64,000 bases of DNA, from assembly GCA_021414205.1 (NCBI GenBank), contig JAIOOW010000003.1, positions 48 through 64,047 on the forward strand, read 5' to 3'. The DNA comes from Candidatus Anderseniibacteriota bacterium. Its GTDB lineage: Bacteria > Patescibacteriota > Andersenbacteria > UBA10190. The translations under genes and the position numbers were made by a program. The notes beneath the pieces were generated by a model. That model did no database searches. It had not been told where the DNA came from and worked only from the letters and a program-made list of their open reading frames with translations. Below, piece after piece: positions 9,178-18,764 of the stretch. Within the stretch, counting starts at the first letter, position 1. The number at the start of each line of letters is the position of its first letter.

Positions 9178-9912
9178 ATGACACTCACTAACAAAGTAGC
9201 GCTTATCACAGGAGGAAATGGATTTTTAGGACAATATTTCGTTACTGCACTTAAAAATGCAGGAGCAACGGTAGTAGTCACTGATCGCGATAATGCTGAA
9301 ATTAATTTAGACGTTACCAGCAAGTCGTCTATTACAGATGCATTTGAACAAGCAATTTCTAAATACGGAAAAGTAGACATTGTTATTAACAACGCCGCAC
9401 TTGATCCGAAATTCGATGCCAACGCAGAGCAAAATGCGAAACTGTTTGAAAATTATCCCGAAGAATTAATTAAACAGAGCCTCGACGTAAATTTGCTTGG
9501 GTATACTTTAGTAGCTCAAGAAGCAATAAAACGAATGCTCGCTCAGGGATCCGGAAATATTATTAACGTTTCATCCATTTATGGCGTTGTAGGGCCAGAC
9601 CAGAGCATTTACCCGGAAGGCACCCAAAAACCAGTTGATTACTTTATCACAAAAGGTGGCGTAGTGATGCTCACAAAATTCTTGGCAACCACATACGGAA
9701 ACAAAGGCATTCGAGTAAATACATTAACGCTTGGCGGTGTATTTAAAGGGCACGGAAAAGATTTTACCGACAAATATGGAGCACGAACACCGATGGGTCG
9801 CATGGCAAATCCTGAAGAGGTAGGTGGGCCATTAGTGTTTCTCGCATCGGATAACAGCAGCTATATGACCGGTGCCAACCTCATCGTCGACGGCGGATTA
9901 ACTGCGTGGTAA
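9178..9912 (+). CDS. Short-chain dehydrogenase/reductase (SDR) family oxidoreductase.
   Basis: N-terminal Rossmann ALITGGNGFLGQ, NNAA, the YxxxK region and a PG-containing C-terminus. Confidence 0.75.
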   Translation: MTLTNKVALITGGNGFLGQYFVTALKNAGATVVVTDRDNAEINLDVTSKSSITDAFEQAISKYGKVDIVINNAALDPKFDANAEQNAKLFENYPEELIKQSLDVNLLGYTLVAQEAIKRMLAQGSGNIINVSSIYGVVGPDQSIYPEGTQKPVDYFITKGGVVMLTKFLATTYGNKGIRVNTLTLGGVFKGHGKDFTDKYGARTPMGRMANPEEVGGPLVFLASDNSSYMTGANLIVDGGLTAW

Positions 9913-10704
9913 TTAGTTTTTCCTCGCAATCACAACCATTCCCGCAGAAGCGAACCAAGGGGAAATGGCGTTTGAAATCGTCTTTACGATTTTTCCGAGA
10001 ATATTGAGCTCGTATGGCTTTGCACCACGAAGTATAGGCCAGTTGGAATACAGTCCGAAGTGACTATTAGCATCGGGCAAATCATGCGCAACTACTTCTT
10101 CTATCACAAAACCTGCCCGCATAAGCATTGCTTCAAACTCTGATTTTCCAAATAGATAATATGCAAAACTTGGCCTTCGGCCGAATATGCGCATAAACAA
10201 CCCTTCGATTCTTTTTAGGGGAATGTATAAAATTGTACGGAGCGTATTTGCTAGTGGAACTTCAACGCATACAAACCCATCTTTTTTTAGAACGCGATAA
10301 AATTCTTTAAGAGATTCTTCAACAGCGCCTTCAACATACTCGAGCGACCCGATAGAAAGGACTCCGTCTAGTGAATTGTCCATTGCCGGAATAGCGTCGC
10401 TTCCTGCAATTTTTACCGAAAGGTCCGGGTCATACTCCGTCATTGCGCGCACTGCCTGCGGATGTGCATCTATTCCAGATACGGCATACCCTTTGTTAGC
10501 TAGAAATAAAATCCACCCGCCAATTCCGCACCCAGCATCGAGATACGTTCCATTTTTCTGCAATTTCTTTTCCAGCATAGGCCAAAACGACTGCTTCTCG
10601 TACTGGGAAAAGTCGTTAATTGCGCTGTACATTTCTCGATAGCGATCATCCCACATTTTCGAGCGGTCAAAATTCTTCGGGTCAAATTTGTAAATAGGAA
10701 TCAT
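9913..10704 (-). CDS. Class I SAM-dependent methyltransferase.
   Basis: Motif I YLDAGCGIGGW and a post-I acidic residue (VSGIDA). Confidence 0.7.
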   Translation of the reverse strand: MIPIYKFDPKNFDRSKMWDDRYREMYSAINDFSQYEKQSFWPMLEKKLQKNGTYLDAGCGIGGWILFLANKGYAVSGIDAHPQAVRAMTEYDPDLSVKIAGSDAIPAMDNSLDGVLSIGSLEYVEGAVEESLKEFYRVLKKDGFVCVEVPLANTLRTILYIPLKRIEGLFMRIFGRRPSFAYYLFGKSEFEAMLMRAGFVIEEVVAHDLPDANSHFGLYSNWPILRGAKPYELNILGKIVKTISNAISPWFASAGMVVIARKN

Positions 10705-10719
10705 AGTATTAACCGTATG

Positions 10720-12600
10720 CTACTTCATGTATCGCTTCAAATGCTCCATGGCCTGCAAGAACCCGCGCCCGCCATGCAAATGCCCCTGCCAAATCTCCGG
10801 AACCATCGTTTCAGAATATCCTGCAAGCGGATCGAGGATCTTTTTAAAATCAACCGTTCCTTGGCCAATTTGCAGCCCCTCTTCACCAGTACCAGAACCA
10901 TCGGCAACATGAAGATGATGAATAAACGGTTTTAGCTCCGTAATCATTTCAACCAAATCTTCTCCGTACTGGTTACAGGAGAGCGCTGCATGAGACGTGT
11001 CAAAGCACATGGAATACCCAGTTTCTTCGAGGAATTTTTTAATTTCATCTTTTAACATGAAAATATTCGTAACCCATTCACCTCCGAACACCCATGGGCG
11101 AGGTGGAAGATTTTCCGGAAGCATTTCAACACCATCCGTCTTTAATTGCGATAATGTATCTGCGAATAATTCCAGTAGCTTTGCAGGATGCGGGGATCGG
11201 GTAAGCGTAATTCCTCCAGGATGAATAATAAATTTCGGCGTTCCTTGAAACGATTCCCCAAGCTTACGCGCAACATCGACGCTTCGCTGCAAAATCGCAA
11301 TAACTTGCTTGCGCTCATCAATATCTTCTGATGCTGGGTTCAAATATACACGCTTCATGTATTCCGGCGCATGCACGACAACTTCTTGCGAAAAAGATCC
11401 CGTTGGAATTTCTTCATCCAAATCTTTATCGCTCAAATGAAATTCGAACAAGTCGGGTTTAAATTCCAAATAATTTCGAAAATCCTTCCATCGAACAACG
11501 GGGCCCCATTTCCAAGAAATGTCCTCTGAAGAAAATGTTTTCGCAAGAGAAGCTCCAACTACATCGTCCTCCGTAAGAGCATCGCCAGCAGGAATATCCC
11601 TACAAGCAGTAACGCCAACTAATTCGTCCAGTCTCTGTGGGGATAATCCTTTTGCAGGACTTTTTGTGGTGAGCATATCGCGCGTAATGACGGTTCCGTC
11701 AGCAATAAACGTCTTTGCAACAACGCTCTTGCCTAACAGTTCTCGATTCATAATCTCCCCTCGAGAAAGTTTTTTTACGCCCTCCCCAACCGCCATTTCA
11801 ACTTCGCGAATTCCTGCAACCATGTCCTTAAATTCTTGCGGGAGCAGGGAAGCTTTGTGGTCCGGTCCTTCCAAATTTCTATCCGTGGTAATGTGTCGCT
11901 CAATAATGCACGCGCCCCGAGCAACTGCTCCGATGGAAACGGCAATTCCGCGTTCGTGTCCGGAATATCCTACCGGAACGCCATACACGCTCAGCGAATC
12001 CATATACTTCAAATTAATTTCCTTGAACGGCGCCGGATATGTGCTATTGCAATGCAAAATGGCAAACGGAACACCCAATGTCTTAATAAACTCTACGCCC
12101 GCTTTAATTTCTTCCTCCTGAGCCATTCCAGTAGACACGATCATCGGCTTTTTTGTCTTCGCAATATATTCCAAAAGCTCGTTATTCGTAAAATCAGGAG
12201 AACCTACTTTGTATACCGGAACATGGAGAAGATTTTCAATCATATCGCAGCTTTTCTTATCCCACGGATTCACCATGAAAATAATATTTCGCTTTGCCGC
12301 ATATGCTTCCAATTCCAAATAAGCATCGTCAGACAGCTCAAATTCTTTGAGTAGGGGGATTAAATACTGATACTTCTGCTCTGCACTATTCGGATTATCT
12401 AATATCTTTTTTTGATACACTTCCGCCAAATTTCGTTTTTGGAATTTTACCGCATTCGCTCCGGCATCTGCAGCAGCATCAATGAGCTCCCGTGCACGAT
12501 CGACGCTGCCGTTATGGTTTAGCCCGGCTTCCGCAATAATAAACGTAGGGTTGCCTGGTCCGATCTTTATATCACCCACTAGAAGAGGTTCAATTTTCAT
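10720..12600 (-). CDS. N-acylneuraminate (nonulosonate) synthase NeuB/PseI/LegI-like with SAF domain, fused to a C-terminal xylose-isomerase-like TIM-barrel (sugar phosphate isomerase/epimerase) domain.
   Basis: The N-terminal part (IGPGNPTFIIAEAGLNHNGSVDRARELIDAAADAGANAVKFQ) is the NeuB signature and is followed by a SAF-like segment. The C-terminal approximately 250 aa carries FEFHL, VVVHAPE, IIHPG, ENLP, CFDTSHA and HLHVAD..GEEG motifs of the AP_endonuc_2/xylose-isomerase-like fold. The start is chosen at internal Met39 (MKIEPLL, 12600) by alignment to NeuB N-termini. The ORF is open upstream to 12714. Confidence 0.72.
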   Translation of the reverse strand: MKIEPLLVGDIKIGPGNPTFIIAEAGLNHNGSVDRARELIDAAADAGANAVKFQKRNLAEVYQKKILDNPNSAEQKYQYLIPLLKEFELSDDAYLELEAYAAKRNIIFMVNPWDKKSCDMIENLLHVPVYKVGSPDFTNNELLEYIAKTKKPMIVSTGMAQEEEIKAGVEFIKTLGVPFAILHCNSTYPAPFKEINLKYMDSLSVYGVPVGYSGHERGIAVSIGAVARGACIIERHITTDRNLEGPDHKASLLPQEFKDMVAGIREVEMAVGEGVKKLSRGEIMNRELLGKSVVAKTFIADGTVITRDMLTTKSPAKGLSPQRLDELVGVTACRDIPAGDALTEDDVVGASLAKTFSSEDISWKWGPVVRWKDFRNYLEFKPDLFEFHLSDKDLDEEIPTGSFSQEVVVHAPEYMKRVYLNPASEDIDERKQVIAILQRSVDVARKLGESFQGTPKFIIHPGGITLTRSPHPAKLLELFADTLSQLKTDGVEMLPENLPPRPWVFGGEWVTNIFMLKDEIKKFLEETGYSMCFDTSHAALSCNQYGEDLVEMITELKPFIHHLHVADGSGTGEEGLQIGQGTVDFKKILDPLAGYSETMVPEIWQGHLHGGRGFLQAMEHLKRYMK

Positions 12601-13204
12601 AAGAGGAAAGTACCGCACGAGCAGGGACGCCGTCAATACCAGGTATAGATAGCGGCAAACACATAAGTTGATATGGGCCCGGCTGAATATCGGGCAGATA
12701 CAACCCTTCAACAATGACTATATTATGCGTCAGCAATATTTCATGCACTCGATCCTTTATGCCCTTTTTCTTAATAGAGAGAGCATCAAGGCCAACTAAT
12801 ACTATGCCAAGCTGGGCAATTTTTTCCGCAGCGCTTTCATCGAGCGCAGTAAAGTCTGCTCGAAATTCGTCAACAGAGAAGTTTGAATTGGCAGTTTTAA
12901 AAATAATTCGCTTACTGCCTGTTTCAGGAATGTGAGCAGATGTTATCACTGCAACGTCTGGGGGAATTTCCACAACCTCGCAATCGCCCACATATTGATC
13001 TAGGCTAAATGACTCTATTCCGGAATTACTAGCATTAATATGCGAAAGTGCATCTATATGGGTACCCGTATGAGATCCGAGAGAGATAGCAGTAAGACCG
13101 CTCTGCTCCACGCCTGCTTTTTGAATTTGTAATAGCTCAACGCCTGGATTGCCGGGATATATTGCCATAGCAGAGTGAATAGGTCGCGAAATATCAATCA
13201 GCAT
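12590..13204 (-). CDS. Cyclase-family protein (kynurenine formamidase-like).
   Basis: HTGTHIDALSH matches the putative-cyclase HxGTHxDxPxH metal-binding motif. Confidence 0.6.
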   Translation of the reverse strand: MLIDISRPIHSAMAIYPGNPGVELLQIQKAGVEQSGLTAISLGSHTGTHIDALSHINASNSGIESFSLDQYVGDCEVVEIPPDVAVITSAHIPETGSKRIIFKTANSNFSVDEFRADFTALDESAAEKIAQLGIVLVGLDALSIKKKGIKDRVHEILLTHNIVIVEGLYLPDIQPGPYQLMCLPLSIPGIDGVPARAVLSSYEN

Positions 13205-13356
13205 AGAATTATCATATACTGTACACTATTTGCATACATCTATGACACTTATCCTTGATCATATCTTGCTGTGGGGAGCATTCTTTTTACTAGGTATCGC
13301 CCTCGGATACTTAATGACTACTATTCTTATTTGGGGGTCGAAAGTGAGATTCTAAT

Positions 13357-13587
13357 ATGGATACTCCTTTTCTCACAACCCTTGCGGGCATATTACGAAA
13401 TACGGCAATTGTATTGCTCTATTTCGTCACAGGATTCGGGCCGGGGTTCTGCATTGGATTACTGCTTGCTAATAAGTTTGCAGGGAAAGACAACCAGCTA
13501 AGAATGGACAAACACAACGAGAATATTCAAAAGGCAGGCCAGCACAACAGCCAATGGCATCCAGATAATCCTAGATGGAAAGAGTAG
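13357..13587 (+). CDS. Small membrane protein (hypothetical, weak call).
   Basis: 76-aa ORF with one TM helix in a 366-bp intergenic gap. There is no strong RBS. Confidence 0.2.
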   Translation: MDTPFLTTLAGILRNTAIVLLYFVTGFGPGFCIGLLLANKFAGKDNQLRMDKHNENIQKAGQHNSQWHPDNPRWKE

Positions 13588-14980
13588 TTCCTTCGTGAGA
13601 ATACGTAGTCGCAACGCTTGGCAGTGCCTCGCCCAGCTTTTCACGGAGCATCTTTGCCTCTTGCTCTTCTCCGTGCACTAATGCGATGTTTTTCAAACCC
13701 TTTATCTGTTTTGCAAAATCAACTAATTGCCCTTGATCTGCGTGGGCAGAAAATTCGTTAAACAAAAATAATTCCGAACGAACAGGGAACCACTCCCCAT
13801 GCAATTCGATATTTTTTGCACCGGATAAAATCATTCTCCCTGTCGTACCTCGTGCCTGGTACCCCGTAATAAATACAGCGTTATTTGGATTACTAATAGT
13901 ATTGCGCAAATGATGGACTACGCGACCTGCAGTCATCATCCCTGATGCAGAAATAACCATAAAGGGCCCCTTCTTGCCGTTGAGCGCCTTAGATTCTTGG
14001 ACAGTGCGGATGTATTCAAGATTTCGGAAGGCGAGAGGTCGATCATCTTCACGCTCAAAATCGGCGCGCGTTTCAGTGTCGTACACATCAGCATGGTCGC
14101 GATACACTTCGGTAATATCAGTGGCAAGAGGTGAGTCTACGTAAATAGGAAATCGCGGAATTGCGCCACTATCTATCAACTTATGAATGATGTAGACCAA
14201 CATTTGTGTTCGGCCAAGCGAAAACGCAGGCACCACCATCACCCCGTTTCTGTCGCACACCTTTTTAATAGCCTGCGCTAATTCTATCTTCGCCTGCTTA
14301 AGGGGAATATGAGCTCTATTCCCGTACGTACTCTCCATGAGCAACACCTCGATTTCCTCTTTTGGAATTTCAGGATCGTGAAGAAGAGGAACCCCCTTGG
14401 GGCCCATATCACCCGTATATGCTATACAATGCGCTACGCCATCCTCTTCATATCTCAAAACAATAATCGCTGACCCCAGAATATGCCCGGCGTCATAGAA
14501 TTTAATAGAAACCCCTTCAACAATTTCATGCCACGCATCATCATCGTCGCGAGCATACGGCAACGACTCGAAATGCAACATAAGCTCAGTAACGTCTTTA
14601 AGCGTAACCAACGGTTCTCTATCATCAGGAGAACCAAGGTGGTGCAGGGCCCTATATTCGGCATCCTGCGCCTCAATTCCTACCATATCTTCAAGCATGC
14701 GCTGGGCCACATCTTTTGTTGCGGACGTAGAAAATATTTTTCCCACAAATCCTCGCTTTACTAGTAGCGGCAACATTCCGCAATGATCCAAATGTGCATG
14801 AGAAAGAACTACCGCATCTATTGAATCGGGAGGGAAAGAAAATGACCTGTTCCTCTCGCGCACATCCGGCAACCCCTGAAACGTTCCGCAATCAAATAGA
14901 ATTCTTTTTCCGGCAACTTCAACTAAGTGTTTACTACCAGTAACACTTCCCGCTCCGCCAAAGAAGGTTATACTAGCCAT
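13571..14980 (-). CDS. MBL-fold beta-CASP family ribonuclease (RNA-metabolising metallo-beta-lactamase).
   Basis: Canonical N-terminus MASITFFGGAGSVTGSKHLVE and the HxHxDH motif (SHAHLDHCG), with beta-CASP downstream motifs over approximately 470 aa. Confidence 0.75.
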   Translation of the reverse strand: MASITFFGGAGSVTGSKHLVEVAGKRILFDCGTFQGLPDVRERNRSFSFPPDSIDAVVLSHAHLDHCGMLPLLVKRGFVGKIFSTSATKDVAQRMLEDMVGIEAQDAEYRALHHLGSPDDREPLVTLKDVTELMLHFESLPYARDDDDAWHEIVEGVSIKFYDAGHILGSAIIVLRYEEDGVAHCIAYTGDMGPKGVPLLHDPEIPKEEIEVLLMESTYGNRAHIPLKQAKIELAQAIKKVCDRNGVMVVPAFSLGRTQMLVYIIHKLIDSGAIPRFPIYVDSPLATDITEVYRDHADVYDTETRADFEREDDRPLAFRNLEYIRTVQESKALNGKKGPFMVISASGMMTAGRVVHHLRNTISNPNNAVFITGYQARGTTGRMILSGAKNIELHGEWFPVRSELFLFNEFSAHADQGQLVDFAKQIKGLKNIALVHGEEQEAKMLREKLGEALPSVATTYSHEGTTLSI

Positions 14981-16843
14981 ATGCTCAGTATACTCTACGA
15001 ATGGATCACGGCCATCATTGCGATCCTTGTCCCCGGATGGATGGGCATCGCAATAATTTCACGCCTCAATATTCTTCAAGAAAAAACATTGCAGGTATCG
15101 ATAGGGTCGATACTAGGTATTTCTGTATTCGGCACAATATTGTATTACCTTGCGCACATCGTGCCTATCTACGCACGGGTATTGTGGCCCATGATTGGGC
15201 TATTTTTGTTCATAGCGATTTTTTCTCATTTTTGGAAAAAAAATCATAAGCACGCAACAACACTAGATAAAACCGCTCTCTTTATTTTCATGCTGGCGCT
15301 CATCCTCTTTTCAATAATAGGATCAAAACTACTTATTCAGCGCACCGACGGATTATACACGGGGATCATAAATGCATACGGGGATATCGGATGGCACGCA
15401 GCCCTCATTACCCAGTTAGCACAAACAAAAACATTACCTTTGCAAGACCCCATTTTCGCCGGAACAAACCTCACGTACCCATTCCTATCAAACGCAATGA
15501 GCTCCGCAATAATGATCATGGGATCCTCGCTTTCCGCAAGCGTAGACGTCCCTGCAATTATTCTGTTGCCGATTATTATCGTACTTCTTTACCATTTCGG
15601 AAAAACATATGGCGCATCTCGAGGAGCTGGAATACTTGTAATGCTGCTATTTTTATTCGGAGGGGCAACATTCGGATGGACAAGAATTGTCGCCGACATC
15701 AGTCAAAGCAATACATCCCTCGTACAATTTTTCACCCATCTCCCTAATAGGGATTATTCCGGAGTTGGAGGAGATACGCAGGGATATGATTTTCTTAACC
15801 CTGTAACATCACTATTACTTCCTCAACGTGCCATGCTGTTCGGCCTGCCCATTGTGCTAGCTGTCCTCATCCTCCTATCTCCGACTATCATCAAGAAAAA
15901 ATATTCTGCAATTATTGCAGGGCTCTTATCTGGGATGCTCCCGCTATTTCATGCACACGCGTGCATAGCACTTGCGGCAGGCATTACTGCACTTATTATT
16001 ACGAATCCAAACAAAAAATACTGGCTGCAATTTTTTATCCCCGCCTTTGTATTAGGCATTCCAGAATTGCTATTTTATACACATGGCAGTGCCGGTTCTG
16101 GGTCATTTTTCAGATTTGAACCGGGATGGATGAAGGGGGATATCAACTTCTTTGTATTCTGGGCGCAAAATACGGGAATAATTATCCCGCTAAGCATTCT
16201 GGCGTTGTTTATCAAAAAATGCCCAAAACCTGTACGCGCACTAGCGATCGCGGGCTTATTCTTATTCTGCATTTCCAACCTGTTTTTATTTGCTCCATGG
16301 GCATGGGATAATTTTAAAATTCTAGTATTTTGGTATTTATTTGCACTACCAATTGTTGCCTGGGTATGCGTTCGAATGTGGCAATCTCACGCAAAACATC
16401 TTATCCGACCACTCATTATTATCATTCTTTTTGTCCAAATCTTTTCAGGTGCTCTCGATATATGGAAACTTTCCCTCCCCACAGCAACGACGTGGCAGGA
16501 ATGGGATGCCAAAGCAATTATATTCGCTCAATACATTCAGCAATTCGTCCCAGTACAAGATCCTGTCGCAACAGCATCGGTACATAACTCACCAGTGGTA
16601 TTAGCGGGTCGCCTTTTATACCTTGGGTATCCTGCACACGTATGGAGCCACGGGGTATTACCATGGACAAGGGAAGCAGGCGTAAAGGCATTCTATTCAG
16701 GAGCATCTCAAACAATCAATAATGAAACCCCAAAATTTATCGTAGTGGGTCCTCAAGAGGTATCCTCATTTCCTACCCTAGTTATCCAACCAAGCTGGAT
16801 AAAAACAGTACAATACGGCCCCTATATACTATTTCGCCAATAA
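14981..16843 (+). CDS. Large polytopic membrane protein (function unknown, possibly a GT-C-like glycosyltransferase).
   Basis: At least 12 predicted TM helices. Adjacent to GDP-6-deoxyhexose genes. The start codon is uncertain. The ATG at 14981 abuts the divergent gene's start, and alternatives are the ORF start at 14927 or Met at 15041. Confidence 0.45.
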   Translation: MLSILYEWITAIIAILVPGWMGIAIISRLNILQEKTLQVSIGSILGISVFGTILYYLAHIVPIYARVLWPMIGLFLFIAIFSHFWKKNHKHATTLDKTALFIFMLALILFSIIGSKLLIQRTDGLYTGIINAYGDIGWHAALITQLAQTKTLPLQDPIFAGTNLTYPFLSNAMSSAIMIMGSSLSASVDVPAIILLPIIIVLLYHFGKTYGASRGAGILVMLLFLFGGATFGWTRIVADISQSNTSLVQFFTHLPNRDYSGVGGDTQGYDFLNPVTSLLLPQRAMLFGLPIVLAVLILLSPTIIKKKYSAIIAGLLSGMLPLFHAHACIALAAGITALIITNPNKKYWLQFFIPAFVLGIPELLFYTHGSAGSGSFFRFEPGWMKGDINFFVFWAQNTGIIIPLSILALFIKKCPKPVRALAIAGLFLFCISNLFLFAPWAWDNFKILVFWYLFALPIVAWVCVRMWQSHAKHLIRPLIIIILFVQIFSGALDIWKLSLPTATTWQEWDAKAIIFAQYIQQFVPVQDPVATASVHNSPVVLAGRLLYLGYPAHVWSHGVLPWTREAGVKAFYSGASQTINNETPKFIVVGPQEVSSFPTLVIQPSWIKTVQYGPYILFRQ

Positions 16844-17760
16844 GTGAGAATATCTTCAAGAGATTGCTCAAGCAATATTACTGACCTCCATCCAGTTTTT
16901 TCCGTAAGCCTTGATGCATCACCAATCATCACCGGATTGTCAGACGGCCGCATTTTTAAAGGATCCTGCCGAACTGTAACCTTCGCACTGCTTTGCGCTA
17001 ACAAGTTATCCAAAATTACTTGAATAGACGTACCCTTCCCACTAGCAACGTTATAAACCTGGCCAGTTTCTCCGTATTCCATAAGCAGTCGATACGCACG
17101 AACAACGTCGCGAACATCGGTAAAGTCTCGAATTGCCGTAAGGTTACCTACTGATATAACAGAATCTTGCTTGCCTGCCTCAATGCCCGCAATTTGCGAA
17201 GCAAAATCCGCTGTCACAAACCCCTTTTTCTGATTCGGTCCAATATGAGGAAACGGTCGCACTCGAATGCACATATCAGAATAATCCTTCTCTATGATTT
17301 GCTCCATTTCTAATTTACTTTGCGCATACGGATTAGCAGGGTGGCAATCCGCTAATGCTTTTTCGGCAATAGGAACACTATCACCATGACCATATATATC
17401 AGCACTGCTTACCACGAGCACTTTTGTATGCGGAGAAATTTCTCTCACATGGCCTAGCAGCTTTTCTGTTCCGACCACATTTACTGTTCGCGTAATTTCT
17501 GGATGATCAATCGCAAAGCCAACGGAACTCACCGCTGCCAAATGAATAATCCAATCAGGCTTTTCAGATTTTAAAACATCGATATAGGTTTCCGGTTTTG
17601 AGATATCGCTTGCGTATTTCGTAACAGAATCCGGCATCGATTCGATGTTCGTATCAAGAGCAATAATGTTGCTTTCAATCCACTCCTTACGTAATTCAGT
17701 AACGAGATGGCCACCAACAAACCCTCCAGCGCCTGTAATGAGAACGGAGGGTGATTGCAT
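16822..17760 (-). CDS. NAD-dependent epimerase/dehydratase family protein, likely a GDP-4-keto-6-deoxymannose reductase/epimerase partner of Gmd.
   Basis: VLITGAGGFVGGHLV Rossmann motif and the extended-SDR architecture. Immediately downstream of gmd in the same operon. Confidence 0.65.
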   Translation of the reverse strand: MQSPSVLITGAGGFVGGHLVTELRKEWIESNIIALDTNIESMPDSVTKYASDISKPETYIDVLKSEKPDWIIHLAAVSSVGFAIDHPEITRTVNVVGTEKLLGHVREISPHTKVLVVSSADIYGHGDSVPIAEKALADCHPANPYAQSKLEMEQIIEKDYSDMCIRVRPFPHIGPNQKKGFVTADFASQIAGIEAGKQDSVISVGNLTAIRDFTDVRDVVRAYRLLMEYGETGQVYNVASGKGTSIQVILDNLLAQSSAKVTVRQDPLKMRPSDNPVMIGDASRLTEKTGWRSVILLEQSLEDILTYWRNSI

Positions 17761-17775
17761 ACGCTGCTATTAAAA

Positions 17776-18744
17776 TTACTTAGATGCTTCTACAAGCTTC
17801 ATTTCCGATTCAACCATCATTGATACCAACTCAGGGAATGAAACGCTCGGCTCCCACCCAAGAACGCTTTTTGCCTTTGAAGGATCCGCAATAAGAAGGT
17901 CCACTTCAGCCGGTCGCATAAATTCTTCAGCCTGCTCAACATAATCCTTCCAGTTAAGCCCAACGTGCTTGAATGCTAGATCTAAAAACTCCTCAACAGA
18001 ATGCGTCTCTCCAGTTCCGATAACAAAGTCCTGGGCAGTATCTTGCTGAAGCATCAACCACATTGCACGAACATAGTCTCCCGCAAAGCCCCAATCGCGC
18101 TTTGCATCAACGTTACCCATAATAAGCTTCGTATCCAATCCTGCCTTAATGCGCGCTACGCCATTTGCAATTTTCCTCGTGACGAATTCGCGACCTCTGC
18201 GCGGAGACTCGTGGTTAAACAGCATCCCAGAACATGCGAATAAATTGAAACTCTCGCGATAATTAATCGTCGCATAATGACCGTATACCTTCGCAACGCC
18301 GTACGGACTTCGCGGATACAAAGGGGTTGTTTCTTTTTGAGGAACCTCCATAACCTTCCCAAACATCTCACTGCTACTTGCTTGATAAAAACGAGCATCG
18401 GGCTTAATAATTCGAATTGCTTCAAGTACGCGCGTAACACCAACCCCTGTTGCGCTGCCAGTTAGCTCAGGGATATCCCAGCTCGCTTTTACAAATGACT
18501 GCGCAGCCAAGTTATACACCTCATCGGGCATGGATTGCTGAACGGCGCGAATAATGGAAGATGAATCCTCTAAATCACCCGTAATCAAGTGAATATCTTT
18601 TAAAATATGCTCTATATTCTCAAACTGATAATTAGCGCTTCGTTGCACCAATCCATACACCTTGTACCCTTTTTCCAATAATAGCTCCGCAAGATACGAA
18701 CCGTCTTGTCCGGTGACCCCTGTTATTAATGCTGTTTTTGACAT
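17776..18744 (-). CDS. gmd: GDP-mannose 4,6-dehydratase.
   Basis: [46 protein letters not shown] is a near-textbook Gmd N-terminus. It is 322 aa with the catalytic S/T...YxxxK region. Confidence 0.9.
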   Translation of the reverse strand: MSKTALITGVTGQDGSYLAELLLEKGYKVYGLVQRSANYQFENIEHILKDIHLITGDLEDSSSIIRAVQQSMPDEVYNLAAQSFVKASWDIPELTGSATGVGVTRVLEAIRIIKPDARFYQASSSEMFGKVMEVPQKETTPLYPRSPYGVAKVYGHYATINYRESFNLFACSGMLFNHESPRRGREFVTRKIANGVARIKAGLDTKLIMGNVDAKRDWGFAGDYVRAMWLMLQQDTAQDFVIGTGETHSVEEFLDLAFKHVGLNWKDYVEQAEEFMRPAEVDLLIADPSKAKSVLGWEPSVSFPELVSMMVESEMKLVEASK

Positions 18745-18764
18745 ACAACAATACTACAGAACAT

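Noticed and set aside
11519-12354. 200-aa and 172-aa plus-strand ORFs antisense to the NeuB-like gene.
   Set aside because: They overlap a well-supported, motif-rich minus-strand CDS. Their translations are Ser/Thr/Pro-rich low-complexity sequences typical of antisense shadow ORFs.
13271-13501. 76-aa plus-strand ORF in the 13.2-13.6 kb intergenic gap.
   Set aside because: It has no hydrophobic or conserved features and overlaps the slightly more plausible membrane-protein ORF 13357..13587 in another frame. It is probably non-coding, and the gap is likely a promoter region for the divergent genes.
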